64,000 nt of DNA. It comes from Prevotella sp. (GTDB lineage Bacteria; Bacteroidota; Bacteroidia; Bacteroidales; Bacteroidaceae). Positions 50,601 through 58,365 of the stretch are shown here, one piece after another (the first letter of the stretch is position 1; each line of letters opens with the position of its first letter). The translations under genes and the position numbers were made by a program. The notes under the pieces were generated by a model, which did not search any database, had not been told where the DNA came from, and worked only from the letters and a program-made list of their open reading frames with translations. The stretch lies in the NCBI GenBank assembly GCA_051878715.1, contig JBJEKQ010000070.1:2420-66419 (forward strand), read 5' to 3'.

Positions 50601-52114
50601 TATACAGTGCCCTCGGTATTCTTGCCGTTGGCATAGTTGAAACATTCTTCACAGAGATCGCCGTCCCAGTAAAGGCGCATGTTGTCAGTGACACCTGTCT
50701 TGGTGGCTCCCTCCAGAGCCTTGCAGGTAACACTGCTGACAAGACCGGGGTCTCTGGCTGACACGCCCTGTGCACCTGGGAAATCATTAGAGAAGTTACC
50801 CATGGCACAACGGCCGTCATCGCTGCCTGCAACATAGCGGTAGAGTATCTTGCGCGTGGTGGCATCGCAGAAATTATTACCGGGATTGTCCTCATTGCAT
50901 CCGAAAAACTCCTGTCCGTGGCGGTAGGGGTCGAAGTCGCACACATGTTGTGAGTCACCGTGACCCAAGCCCGTAGTGGCGAGTCCCTTGCCATTGTCGT
51001 CGATGGTCATGGAACCGAAGACAATCTCATCGCGTCCGTCCCAATCCACGTCAGCCACCACATAGTTGTGATAGCCCTGCCCATACCACGGTGAACCTGC
51101 GGTACTGCAGTTCCATCTCCAGCGCTCAGTGAGTTGATGGGTAGAGGGATCCACATCGTAGGCTATCATCTTGTGACGGGTGTAGATGCCTCGCGCCAGG
51201 AAGATGCTTGGCTTGCGCCCGTCAAAATAGGGAGCACCAAAGAAGTATTTGGAAGAGCGGTGACCATAGCCGTCGCCCCACTGTGCCTCCAAGTCACCCT
51301 CGCCCGGTTCCAATCTCACCAAGGGATAGTCGAGCACTTGATAGGGCTTGGCTGTAAGCCCGTCGAGGTAGAGCAGGTATTCCGCCCCATCGTGTACAAA
51401 CCACTGTCCACTCTCAACAGGACGATAGTTCTTGGAGGCGTCGCCAATGGTTTGTGTGGTGCCGTCACTCATGTGCAGCACGGTGCCATCGGCAGCACGC
51501 ATCACACATTCCGCCTTGCCGTCACCGTCCCAGTCATAGGCTGCGATATTGATTTCGTTGTTCTGGAAGTCTCCCATGTTGCGTCCACAGTTAATCCACC
51601 ACAGGCGTTTGCCATTCAGCTTATATGCCTCGATGATGGTATAGCAGTCGTCGGTACCCGGATTGAGATTGTCAAACTTGATAATCAGCTCCAGTTCGCC
51701 ATCGCCGTCAAGATCGGCTGCCGTAGCATCATTAGGCACAAAGGTGCCCGTGAGTGCACCGTGATCCATTTTAATTTCCTTGTAGTTGGATATAAAGGGG
51801 GTTACTGCGGCAGACTTGGTCTGCACTACTCCCCTCACCACAGCCTCTACAGTGTAGGAAGATGAGGAGGAACCATTCTTGTCAAGATAGTTGGAAACGG
51901 CAAGCGGCACCGTATTGAGTTTAGTGCCGTCACGGTAGATGTTGTAGGTCACATCATAGTACTCATCAGCTGTGATACGCCAGGAACAAAGTATTCCCGT
52001 ACCAGTCTTCACCGCTACCAAACCTCTGTCGAGTTTGTCTGTTTGTTGTCGCTGTGCCTGCACATCTACAGTACATGCCATTGCTATCAAAAGGAAGAGT
52101 AAGATTTTTTTCAT
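47606..52114 (-). CDS. Rhamnogalacturonan lyase (PL11) fused to autotransporter-associated beta-strand repeats and a T9SS-type CTD
   Basis: DKLDRGLVAV, ADLDGDGELE, HGDSQH, DDGR, DTKGTPCLQADLFGDWREE, YNQAP (YesW-like). Repeats LVKQGDGILVL..TYTGNTDVWAGTL, LNKQGTGLLTV, LTKTGGGSLTL. CTD SGISAI...VYTTNGQKV...KKVIR. Confidence 0.9.
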   Translation of the reverse strand: MKKILLFLLIAMACTVDVQAQRQQTDKLDRGLVAVKTGTGILCSWRITADEYYDVTYNIYRDGTKLNTVPLAVSNYLDKNGSSSSSYTVEAVVRGVVQTKSAAVTPFISNYKEIKMDHGALTGTFVPNDATAADLDGDGELELIIKFDNLNPGTDDCYTIIEAYKLNGKRLWWINCGRNMGDFQNNEINIAAYDWDGDGKAECVMRAADGTVLHMSDGTTQTIGDASKNYRPVESGQWFVHDGAEYLLYLDGLTAKPYQVLDYPLVRLEPGEGDLEAQWGDGYGHRSSKYFFGAPYFDGRKPSIFLARGIYTRHKMIAYDVDPSTHQLTERWRWNCSTAGSPWYGQGYHNYVVADVDWDGRDEIVFGSMTIDDNGKGLATTGLGHGDSQHVCDFDPYRHGQEFFGCNEDNPGNNFCDATTRKILYRYVAGSDDGRCAMGNFSNDFPGAQGVSARDPGLVSSVTCKALEGATKTGVTDNMRLYWDGDLCEECFNYANGKNTEGTVYKYGKGAIATFSGSMTNNDTKGTPCLQADLFGDWREEVMMRTADNNVRIYTTTTETPWRNYTLWHDHQYRNAIVWQMNGYNQAPNVSYFLGELEGITMAPPALTMQGRTEVANNGSITAALNDKALIACETGNMTISVADGAAPYIFFDNAPSWVQGTDVNGASGKNPTINYMYYTHTLTGGAFGGTMRLVKQGDGILVLPAVTQTYTGNTDVWAGTLQFDGTMQGSRVWLNRHTTLLTSSGVFKKAVQADYNATIQLGSATAAGSITADSLILGFGSRVEIDLFSDGLQADKINANVLKIEKKVWNDGPQYDVPVITLVAHNAADSNKLTAGKYFIGEVGKIEGSIENIILEGLTFQKSALVYEDGKLYIVITDYEAANLTWQGGVSNVWNSDNTANFTDESGTSSVVFVPGSTVLFNDDATVTDILVEGNVAPASITFDNSSKNFTLSGDSIIGGVTLNKQGTGLLTVNSVNHFGKVNVNAGKLGVNILANNQGTDWGALGGVNTRINLADGTTLALGGGLVTDQTITVSQGNATIEVPSSDAATLNKGVLAGGSNTVLTKTGGGSLTLGTGNTISKLIIKSGVVNASESGDVTALPATVELQGGSLYDPSNEYTYTTNKANFVVPEGSTASFYLDSRCNYTGTLTGAGTLNVYAAGVRNYLNGNWSAFEGTVVPGVQKRGTSYDPVFYFNNTYGLPNATLKMNSGVTVDNNGKNFPVGKVTGSGTLAGSGSYIFGTNGEDFSMTTPCTSSIIKRGTGIMRVVTAGKITGSIIVEEGGFYFSGLTTGSLFNDTKPITANGSSVLLGQAYLTSITANSGSTLKPRATLLETSPGTIIATGTIAVNEGATLDMLLSASKQSKLQGKWVSVKGILKVTLAEGYTPAAGDSFTLWEASSSFSGTPTFDLPILPDNLAWDTSELLAATGVLKVVTGSGISAIASDATVQCEVYTTNGQKVAQFAAPMNKVEDYLQGISSDTRTLIVRMVAGSRMEVKKVIR

Positions 52115-52261
52115 TATAGTCAGTTGTTTTTGTTAGTCTAATATACAAAGTCTGTCATTCTGTTTCAGATACTACCCATTATCGCTGCAAATTAACAAAT
52201 AAAAAATGAAACGGCAAAGTAAAAACAGGAATTTAATAGTGATTATTTGCCTCTTACCACC

Positions 52262-52344
52262 CACTTACTAACTGAATGCCATATTCACTTGCTAACTGAA
52301 CAGGGCATTCACTTGACAACTGAACAGGGCATCCACTTGACAAG
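52262..52344. repeat. 24-bp tandem repeat (~3.5 copies) between divergent PL11 genes
   Basis: CACTTACTAACTGAATGCCATATT / CACTTGCTAACTGAACAGGGCATT / CACTTGACAACTGAACAGGGCATC / CACTTGACAAG, starting at 52262, 52286, 52310 and 52334. Confidence 0.85.
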
Positions 52345-52533
52345 TTCCTCGGAGGGAATCAAATAATAAAAAAAAGACAGATACTCAGAAATTATTTGTA
52401 ACTTTGCCGCGAGGATATTAAACACTTTGCCAAGACATACGTCAAACAAGGTGATGCAGAGCCCTTTGAAGGATTCCGAAACAGCTACTGAAAGAACCTG
52501 AAACAAAAGATAAACAAACAATTATTATAAAGT

Positions 52534-55026
52534 ATGAGAAAGAAACATATCGGCGCACTGTTGCTTGCCTTAGCGACAGGAAGTGCACAGGCACAGAACA
52601 CCCCTCTGTGCCAAATGGAAAAATTGAATCGCGGCGTAGTTGCCGTACCCAATGGAAGCAACCTCTTTGTGAGTTGGCGCATGCTGGGAACAGACGATGA
52701 AATCAACACTACCTTTGACGTGCTACTAAATGGCGAGGTAGCAAAGAAGGACCTCTATTTGACCAACACCAGCATCACCGGTGGTGGCAAAGACCAGGTT
52801 CAAGTGGTGACCAAGGTGAACGGCGAACCCGTTGACACCAGCAAGGCTGTTACCCCATGGGGTGACGTGTATCGCTCGATGCAACTGGATCGCCCTGCAG
52901 GAGGCTCTGATTACACCTACTCTCCCAACGACTGCAGTGTGGGAGATGTGGACGGCGACGGGGAATACGAACTGTTCGTGAAATGGGATCCCAGCAACTC
53001 GCAGGACAACTCCATCGCAGGCAAGACAGGCAACGTATATATCGACTGCTACAAGATGGACGGAACCAAACTGTGGCGTGTGGATCTGGGCGTGAACATA
53101 CGTGCCGGTGCCCACTACACCCAGTTCCTGGTGTATGACTTCGACGGTGACGGCAAGGCCGAGATGATACTGAAGACCGCTGCCGGAAGCAAGGACGGAG
53201 CAGGCAACTATGTGAGCGAGGCTGCAGACGATGAGACCATCAAGGCGGTGAACAACACCAAGGACTGGCGCAACAGCGACGGCAAGGTGACCGGCGGACA
53301 AGAGTGGCTCACCGTGTTTGAAGGCACCACGGGCAAGGCAATGCACACCGTATTCTACAACCCCAACCGCAACATGACCCTCGGCGGCGAAGACGGATGG
53401 AACGTGAACTGGGGGGCCGATGGCAAGACAGACAAGGAATATGGAAACCGCGGCGAGAGATACCTCGCTACCGTAGCTTATCTGGACGGTGCCGAACAGT
53501 TGCCCAGTGCCGTGATGTGCCGCGGATACTACACTTTTGCGTTCCTGTGGGCAGTGGATTACAAGGATGGCAAGTTGAAGACAAAATGGCTGCACAACTC
53601 CAAGAGCAAAACACAATATGAACTGACCGACGCTGAGGGTAACAAGAAAACCTATGCAGGCAAACTGGGTACCGGTAAAACGACGGGCAGCAGGACTGCC
53701 TACGGCAACGGCAACCATAACCTGTCGTGCGCCGATGTGGATGGCGACGGTTGCGACGAGATAATCTGGGGTTCATGCGCCATTGACAACGACGGTATGC
53801 TGATGTACTCTACCGGCTATGGTCACGGCGATGCCATGCATCTGGGCAACCATATACCCGGACGCGAGGGGATGCAGGTGTTCACCGTGCATGAGGAAAG
53901 TCCCTACGGCTGGGACCTGCATGATGCAGCCACAGGCGAAGTACTGCTCAGTGCCACCGGAGATGACGACAACGGACGCGGCATCTGCGGCAAGTTTGAC
54001 AACAGTATCCGTGAGAGCGTGTTCATGTCGAGCAACAACCGCCAGCCCCGCAGCTGCGAAACAGGCAAAGAGGTGAGCACCGCCAGCACAACACTCAACT
54101 TCCGCCTCTATTGGGACGGAGACCTCAGTGAGGAACTTTTTGACGGCGGAAAAATTGACAAACTGAACGGTAACAGCGTTGACCGAATCTATCTGGCAGG
54201 CAAGAACCTGTATGACTACGGCAACTCAAGCACCTGCAACAGTACCAAAAGCACCCCCTGCCTTTCAGCAGACATTCTGGGTGACTGGCGCGAAGAGGTG
54301 ATACTGTGGGACAGTTCCGACCCTTCGAAGATAAACATCTTCACCACCCTCACCGAAACCAAATACCGTATGCCCACCCTGATGCACGACCATACCTACC
54401 GCATGGCAATCACCTGGCAGAATTCGGCTTACAACCAGCCGCCTCATCTGGGCTACTATCTGCCTGATGCCATGCTGCCTTCACTGCAGAAGGAGAAGGA
54501 GGTGACAGTAGCTGTGGGCGACTCCATCTACTACACCGGCGATGTGAAATATGCCAAGTTAGTGAGTATCATCAGCAGTACGGCTCCCGACGGCACCAAG
54601 AAAAGCTTGGGTTACGTGGAGGGCTTCGGCAAAGACATCAGTTCACTGACCAAAGTATCGTTCAAAGGAAAACCCACCCAGACGGGCGACTATCTCTTTG
54701 CGTACAAATACACGGGTAAAGGCGGCGAGGCGGTTAACGACACGGTGACAGTACACGCTGTGGACCCCACAGCCATAGAGAGCGTGACAGACACCTCTGA
54801 TGAAGACTGGGCAAGCATCAACGGCAACAGCATAGTACTGAAGGGAGACGTAAAGGGCATGACCACCGTTCAACTGTATGACATGGCAGGTCGCACAGTG
54901 ATGAGCCGTATAGTGAACGCCTCACAGCAACGCAGCATCACCCTGCCCATCCAAGAGGGTGAGAACTATATCCTGCGATTGAGAAACGGAGACAAGGAGA
55001 TGGTGAGAAAGACCGCCATCAGATAA
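52534..55026 (+). CDS. Rhamnogalacturonan lyase (PL11, YesW-like) with T9SS-type CTD
   Basis: MEKLNRGVVAV, PNDCSVGDVDGDGEYE, NIRAGAHYTQF, HGDAMH, DNGRG, STKSTPCLSADILGDWREE, AYNQPPH. CTD TAIESV...LYDMAGR...YILRL...RKTAIR. Confidence 0.95.
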   Translation: MRKKHIGALLLALATGSAQAQNTPLCQMEKLNRGVVAVPNGSNLFVSWRMLGTDDEINTTFDVLLNGEVAKKDLYLTNTSITGGGKDQVQVVTKVNGEPVDTSKAVTPWGDVYRSMQLDRPAGGSDYTYSPNDCSVGDVDGDGEYELFVKWDPSNSQDNSIAGKTGNVYIDCYKMDGTKLWRVDLGVNIRAGAHYTQFLVYDFDGDGKAEMILKTAAGSKDGAGNYVSEAADDETIKAVNNTKDWRNSDGKVTGGQEWLTVFEGTTGKAMHTVFYNPNRNMTLGGEDGWNVNWGADGKTDKEYGNRGERYLATVAYLDGAEQLPSAVMCRGYYTFAFLWAVDYKDGKLKTKWLHNSKSKTQYELTDAEGNKKTYAGKLGTGKTTGSRTAYGNGNHNLSCADVDGDGCDEIIWGSCAIDNDGMLMYSTGYGHGDAMHLGNHIPGREGMQVFTVHEESPYGWDLHDAATGEVLLSATGDDDNGRGICGKFDNSIRESVFMSSNNRQPRSCETGKEVSTASTTLNFRLYWDGDLSEELFDGGKIDKLNGNSVDRIYLAGKNLYDYGNSSTCNSTKSTPCLSADILGDWREEVILWDSSDPSKINIFTTLTETKYRMPTLMHDHTYRMAITWQNSAYNQPPHLGYYLPDAMLPSLQKEKEVTVAVGDSIYYTGDVKYAKLVSIISSTAPDGTKKSLGYVEGFGKDISSLTKVSFKGKPTQTGDYLFAYKYTGKGGEAVNDTVTVHAVDPTAIESVTDTSDEDWASINGNSIVLKGDVKGMTTVQLYDMAGRTVMSRIVNASQQRSITLPIQEGENYILRLRNGDKEMVRKTAIR

Positions 55027-55091
55027 TACCAGGAAAGTTATCTTGACATTTTTGTCGAGGGTACATGAAATAACAAGGAAATACGGTATGC

Positions 55092-56051
55092 TCACCATTT
55101 GAGCGTACCGTATTTCCTTTTATACCACAACTGCCAGGCATTGACCACATTCTGCCAAAGCACGTAGGCACCGGGAGCCACGGCCGCCAGCGGATTGAGG
55201 AAGGTGATGGTGAGCCAGATGCCTACAATGGTGTTCTTCTGCCCCAATGCCTGTCCGGCACTGATGGAGTCGTTGTAGCAATAGCCCACACTCTTTCCGA
55301 TAGAGAAGAGCAGCAGGCACACGCCCAAGGGCAACAGCAGGAGCAGGGAGAGCACCCAACCCGACACCTCGGCATGGAGGATATTGCGGATGGTAAGTCC
55401 GGTGACGATGGCAAGATTGAAACACCACATGTAGAATGCCAAGTCCTTGATGCCCGTGATGCGGGCTGTAAGGCGGGGAAACACCTTACGGCACACCAGG
55501 GCAAGCACCAGGGGAACCACCAACACGGTAGTGACATTGCGCAGTACCATGAGCGAAGCGGTGAGGAAGCCCACATCGGCACCACGCTCTACCATAGGGA
55601 AGAACAAGGGGATAATGATGCTTGTCACCACATTGGCGATGATGGTGTAAATGGTGAGCGAGGCGATGCTGCCACCCAACTTCTCTGTAATCACAGGGGC
55701 GGCAGCTGCAGTGGGACATATCACACAGATAAATACTCCCTCAAGCACCAGTTTCATAGAGGCATCCGTGGTGAGCGAGATGAGCCATACCACCGCACCC
55801 GACAGACATACACGGATGAGCTGCAACCAGAAATGCCACATACGGGGACGCAGGTCGTGCAACTGTATCTTGCAGAAAGTGACGAACAACAGGGAAAACA
55901 ACACCACAGGCAGCATACCCGTAAGTACAGGTTCACACACTTCGCCCATCGGAGCCAGCATAGGGACGTAGGCGAAAATCAGATAAATTGCAGCGCCAGC
56001 CAGCAAAGAACAAGGCAACGACCACTGCTTCAGGAAGTCCAAAATTCGCAT
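55092..56051 (-). CDS. Bile acid:sodium symporter (BASS)-family transporter
   Basis: About 9-10 TM helices, ICPTAAAAPVITEKLGG and GQALGQKNT motifs. Confidence 0.88.
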   Translation of the reverse strand: MRILDFLKQWSLPCSLLAGAAIYLIFAYVPMLAPMGEVCEPVLTGMLPVVLFSLLFVTFCKIQLHDLRPRMWHFWLQLIRVCLSGAVVWLISLTTDASMKLVLEGVFICVICPTAAAAPVITEKLGGSIASLTIYTIIANVVTSIIIPLFFPMVERGADVGFLTASLMVLRNVTTVLVVPLVLALVCRKVFPRLTARITGIKDLAFYMWCFNLAIVTGLTIRNILHAEVSGWVLSLLLLLPLGVCLLLFSIGKSVGYCYNDSISAGQALGQKNTIVGIWLTITFLNPLAAVAPGAYVLWQNVVNAWQLWYKRKYGTLKW

Positions 56052-56160
56052 AACGGCTGCAAAATTACTGATTATTGACGAATACGGAACCCTTCATTCC
56101 GTTTTTTTTAGTAACTTTGCCGCCGTTTTTGCAAATGCAAAACCTAATAAATAAAATTTC

Positions 56161-58233
56161 ATGAAGTACAACAACTTTTCAAACAGGCGCACGCCGTTTG
56201 TGTTCAAACGTTTTGGACGCAAGGGGTATTCGCTCTTCAACTGTTTGGGAAAAGAGGTAATTGTGGGTACGCTGAGCATTGCCACCCTGACCTATGCCAA
56301 GGCAGAGGGTGTGGCAGTAGAGCCCCTACGCACAGACACTATCTCTACCGAGACAGACAAAGAGCTGATGCTCGACGAGGTGAGCATCACTGGTTCGAGA
56401 GCGCCCCTGGCAAAGAGCCAGGCAGCGAGAATGGTTACTGTACTGGAGAAGAGCGACATTCAAGCGGCTCCGGTACAAAGTGTAAACGACCTGCTCAAGT
56501 ATGTTGCAGGAGTGGATGTAAGACAGCGAGGGCCCATTGGCGCGCAGACAGATGTAAGCATCCGCGGAGGCAACTACGAGCAAGTCACAATCCTGCTCAA
56601 TGGCATCAACATCTGCGACCCGCAAACGGGACACAATGCCTTTGACTTCCCCGTAGATATCAGCGAGATAGAGCGTATCGAAGTGTTGGAAGGAGCCGCA
56701 GGAAGGGTGTTCGGCACCTCTTCGCTCACCGGCGCCATCAACATCGTGACCGCCCTGCCCCACTCCTCCAGTGCCGATGTGCATCTGGAGAGCGGCAGTT
56801 TCGGCTATGCCTCAGCGGGAGGACGCGCCAATCTGGCAAAGGGCAAATGGAACAACCAACTTTCCGCCGGCTACACTCGCAGTGATGGCTATAGCCGCAG
56901 CAAGGACAACGCGCTGAATGCAGACTACGAGGGGATGAAAGCCTTTTATCAGGGAACATTCCAGAGTAACGCCCTGCGGCTGAGATGGCACGCTGGAGTG
57001 AGCAGCAAGGACTATGGGTCAAACACTTTCTACGGCGTAAAATGGGATGAACAGTTCGAGCACACCCTGAAGACCTATACCGCCCTGCAGGGGGAAATGG
57101 TGTTTGCCGGAGTACATATCAAGCCAGCCGTCTATTGGAACCACCATGAAGACAGGTTTGAACTCTACCGGGACCGCGAAGAGAAATCGCCCTTCAACTA
57201 CCACCGCAGTGAGGTGTACGGTGCCTGTCTGAACACCTATTTCGACTGGTGGGCGGGACGCACTGCCATAGGCGGAGAATTGCGACGGGAAGAACTGAAG
57301 AGCACCACTTTGGGAGAACCGCTGGATGCGCCCCACCACATCAACGGCACTGACCGCTACTACCTTTACGGCATCAACCGCACCCAGATAAACTGGATGC
57401 TGGAACATAACATCGTACTGAAGCGACTCACCATTTCTGCCGGCATCGTGGCTGCCAAGAACACGTGGAGCAACGGACCGATGAAGGTTTATCCCGGTGT
57501 GGATATGAGTTACCGCCTGTCTCCTCACTGGAGCATCTACGCCTCGTGGAACAACTCACTGCGCGTGCCCTCTGCCACCGAACTCTACTACTCCGTAGGC
57601 GGTCATAAGGCAGACAAATACCTGAAGGCAGAAGAGCTGCAGAGTACAGAGGGAGGAATCAAGTATGCGGGTAACGTGGTGAGGGCATCCGCCAATGTAT
57701 ATTACCACCACGGCAAGAACATGATTGACTGGATAAGGAAGGTGGAGGACGGTCCTGATGCGCCTTGGCAGTCGGTAAACTTCACCAAGCTGAACACCAT
57801 CGGCGTGGAGGTAAGGGGAGAGGTTTCACTACGACAGCTTTGGTGCCGGCAACAGGTGTTGCGCCAGTTCAGCGTGGCATACCACTACATCGACCAAGAC
57901 AAAGACGACGTTACAGGCATCGAGAGCAAGTACGTGCTGGAATACCTGCGCCACAAGGTGGTGGCATCGCTGCACACCAACCCTTGGAAACACCTTTATC
58001 TGGATGTGGATTACCGTTTTCAAGAGCGCACAGGCACCTATACCGACATCAACGGTGCCACCTGCCACTACACGCCCTACGGTGTGGTGGATGCACGCAT
58101 GGAATGGAAAGAGCCCTGCTACAGCATCTATGCCGAAGTGAACAACCTGTTTGACAAGACCTATGTGGATTACGGCAACGTGACACAACCCGGCACATGG
58201 CTGATTGCGGGACTTCGCCTGCATCTGAAATAA
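56161..58233 (+). CDS. TonB-dependent receptor (CirA/BtuB-like, non-SusC)
   Basis: TonB box LDEVSITG, plug DLLKYVAGVDV...SIRGG...ILLNG...IERIEVLEG, NNLFDKTY near the C-terminus. Confidence 0.92.
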   Translation: MKYNNFSNRRTPFVFKRFGRKGYSLFNCLGKEVIVGTLSIATLTYAKAEGVAVEPLRTDTISTETDKELMLDEVSITGSRAPLAKSQAARMVTVLEKSDIQAAPVQSVNDLLKYVAGVDVRQRGPIGAQTDVSIRGGNYEQVTILLNGINICDPQTGHNAFDFPVDISEIERIEVLEGAAGRVFGTSSLTGAINIVTALPHSSSADVHLESGSFGYASAGGRANLAKGKWNNQLSAGYTRSDGYSRSKDNALNADYEGMKAFYQGTFQSNALRLRWHAGVSSKDYGSNTFYGVKWDEQFEHTLKTYTALQGEMVFAGVHIKPAVYWNHHEDRFELYRDREEKSPFNYHRSEVYGACLNTYFDWWAGRTAIGGELRREELKSTTLGEPLDAPHHINGTDRYYLYGINRTQINWMLEHNIVLKRLTISAGIVAAKNTWSNGPMKVYPGVDMSYRLSPHWSIYASWNNSLRVPSATELYYSVGGHKADKYLKAEELQSTEGGIKYAGNVVRASANVYYHHGKNMIDWIRKVEDGPDAPWQSVNFTKLNTIGVEVRGEVSLRQLWCRQQVLRQFSVAYHYIDQDKDDVTGIESKYVLEYLRHKVVASLHTNPWKHLYLDVDYRFQERTGTYTDINGATCHYTPYGVVDARMEWKEPCYSIYAEVNNLFDKTYVDYGNVTQPGTWLIAGLRLHLK

Positions 58234-58264
58234 GCAACCGTTACACTGTACACACAGTAAGTAT

Positions 58265-58292
58265 AGGGGCGACACGCACGTGCCGCCCCTTT
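58265..58292 (+). terminator. Stem-loop between convergent TonB receptor and dnaA
   Basis: AGGGGCGACACG-CA-CGTGCCGCCCCT followed by TTGTT. Confidence 0.65.
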
Positions 58293-58331
58293 GTTAACCC
58301 TGCAATTTAATTTGTTAACCCTGTAATTTAG
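58290..58331. repeat. Two tandem 21-bp direct repeats
   Basis: TTTGTTAACCCTGCAATTTAA / TTTGTTAACCCTGTAATTTAG. Confidence 0.75.
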
Positions 58332-58365
58332 GTTGTTTGAAGGTTTTTGTATAAGGATGATAAGA

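Noticed and set aside
52262-52344. Possible CRISPR mini-array
   Set aside because: Units are contiguous tandem copies without unique spacers, and there are no cas genes in the window.
56052-56160. Cobalamin or TPP riboswitch ahead of the TonB receptor
   Set aside because: The leader is only about 35 nt and lacks the conserved motifs, so a btuB call is not supported.
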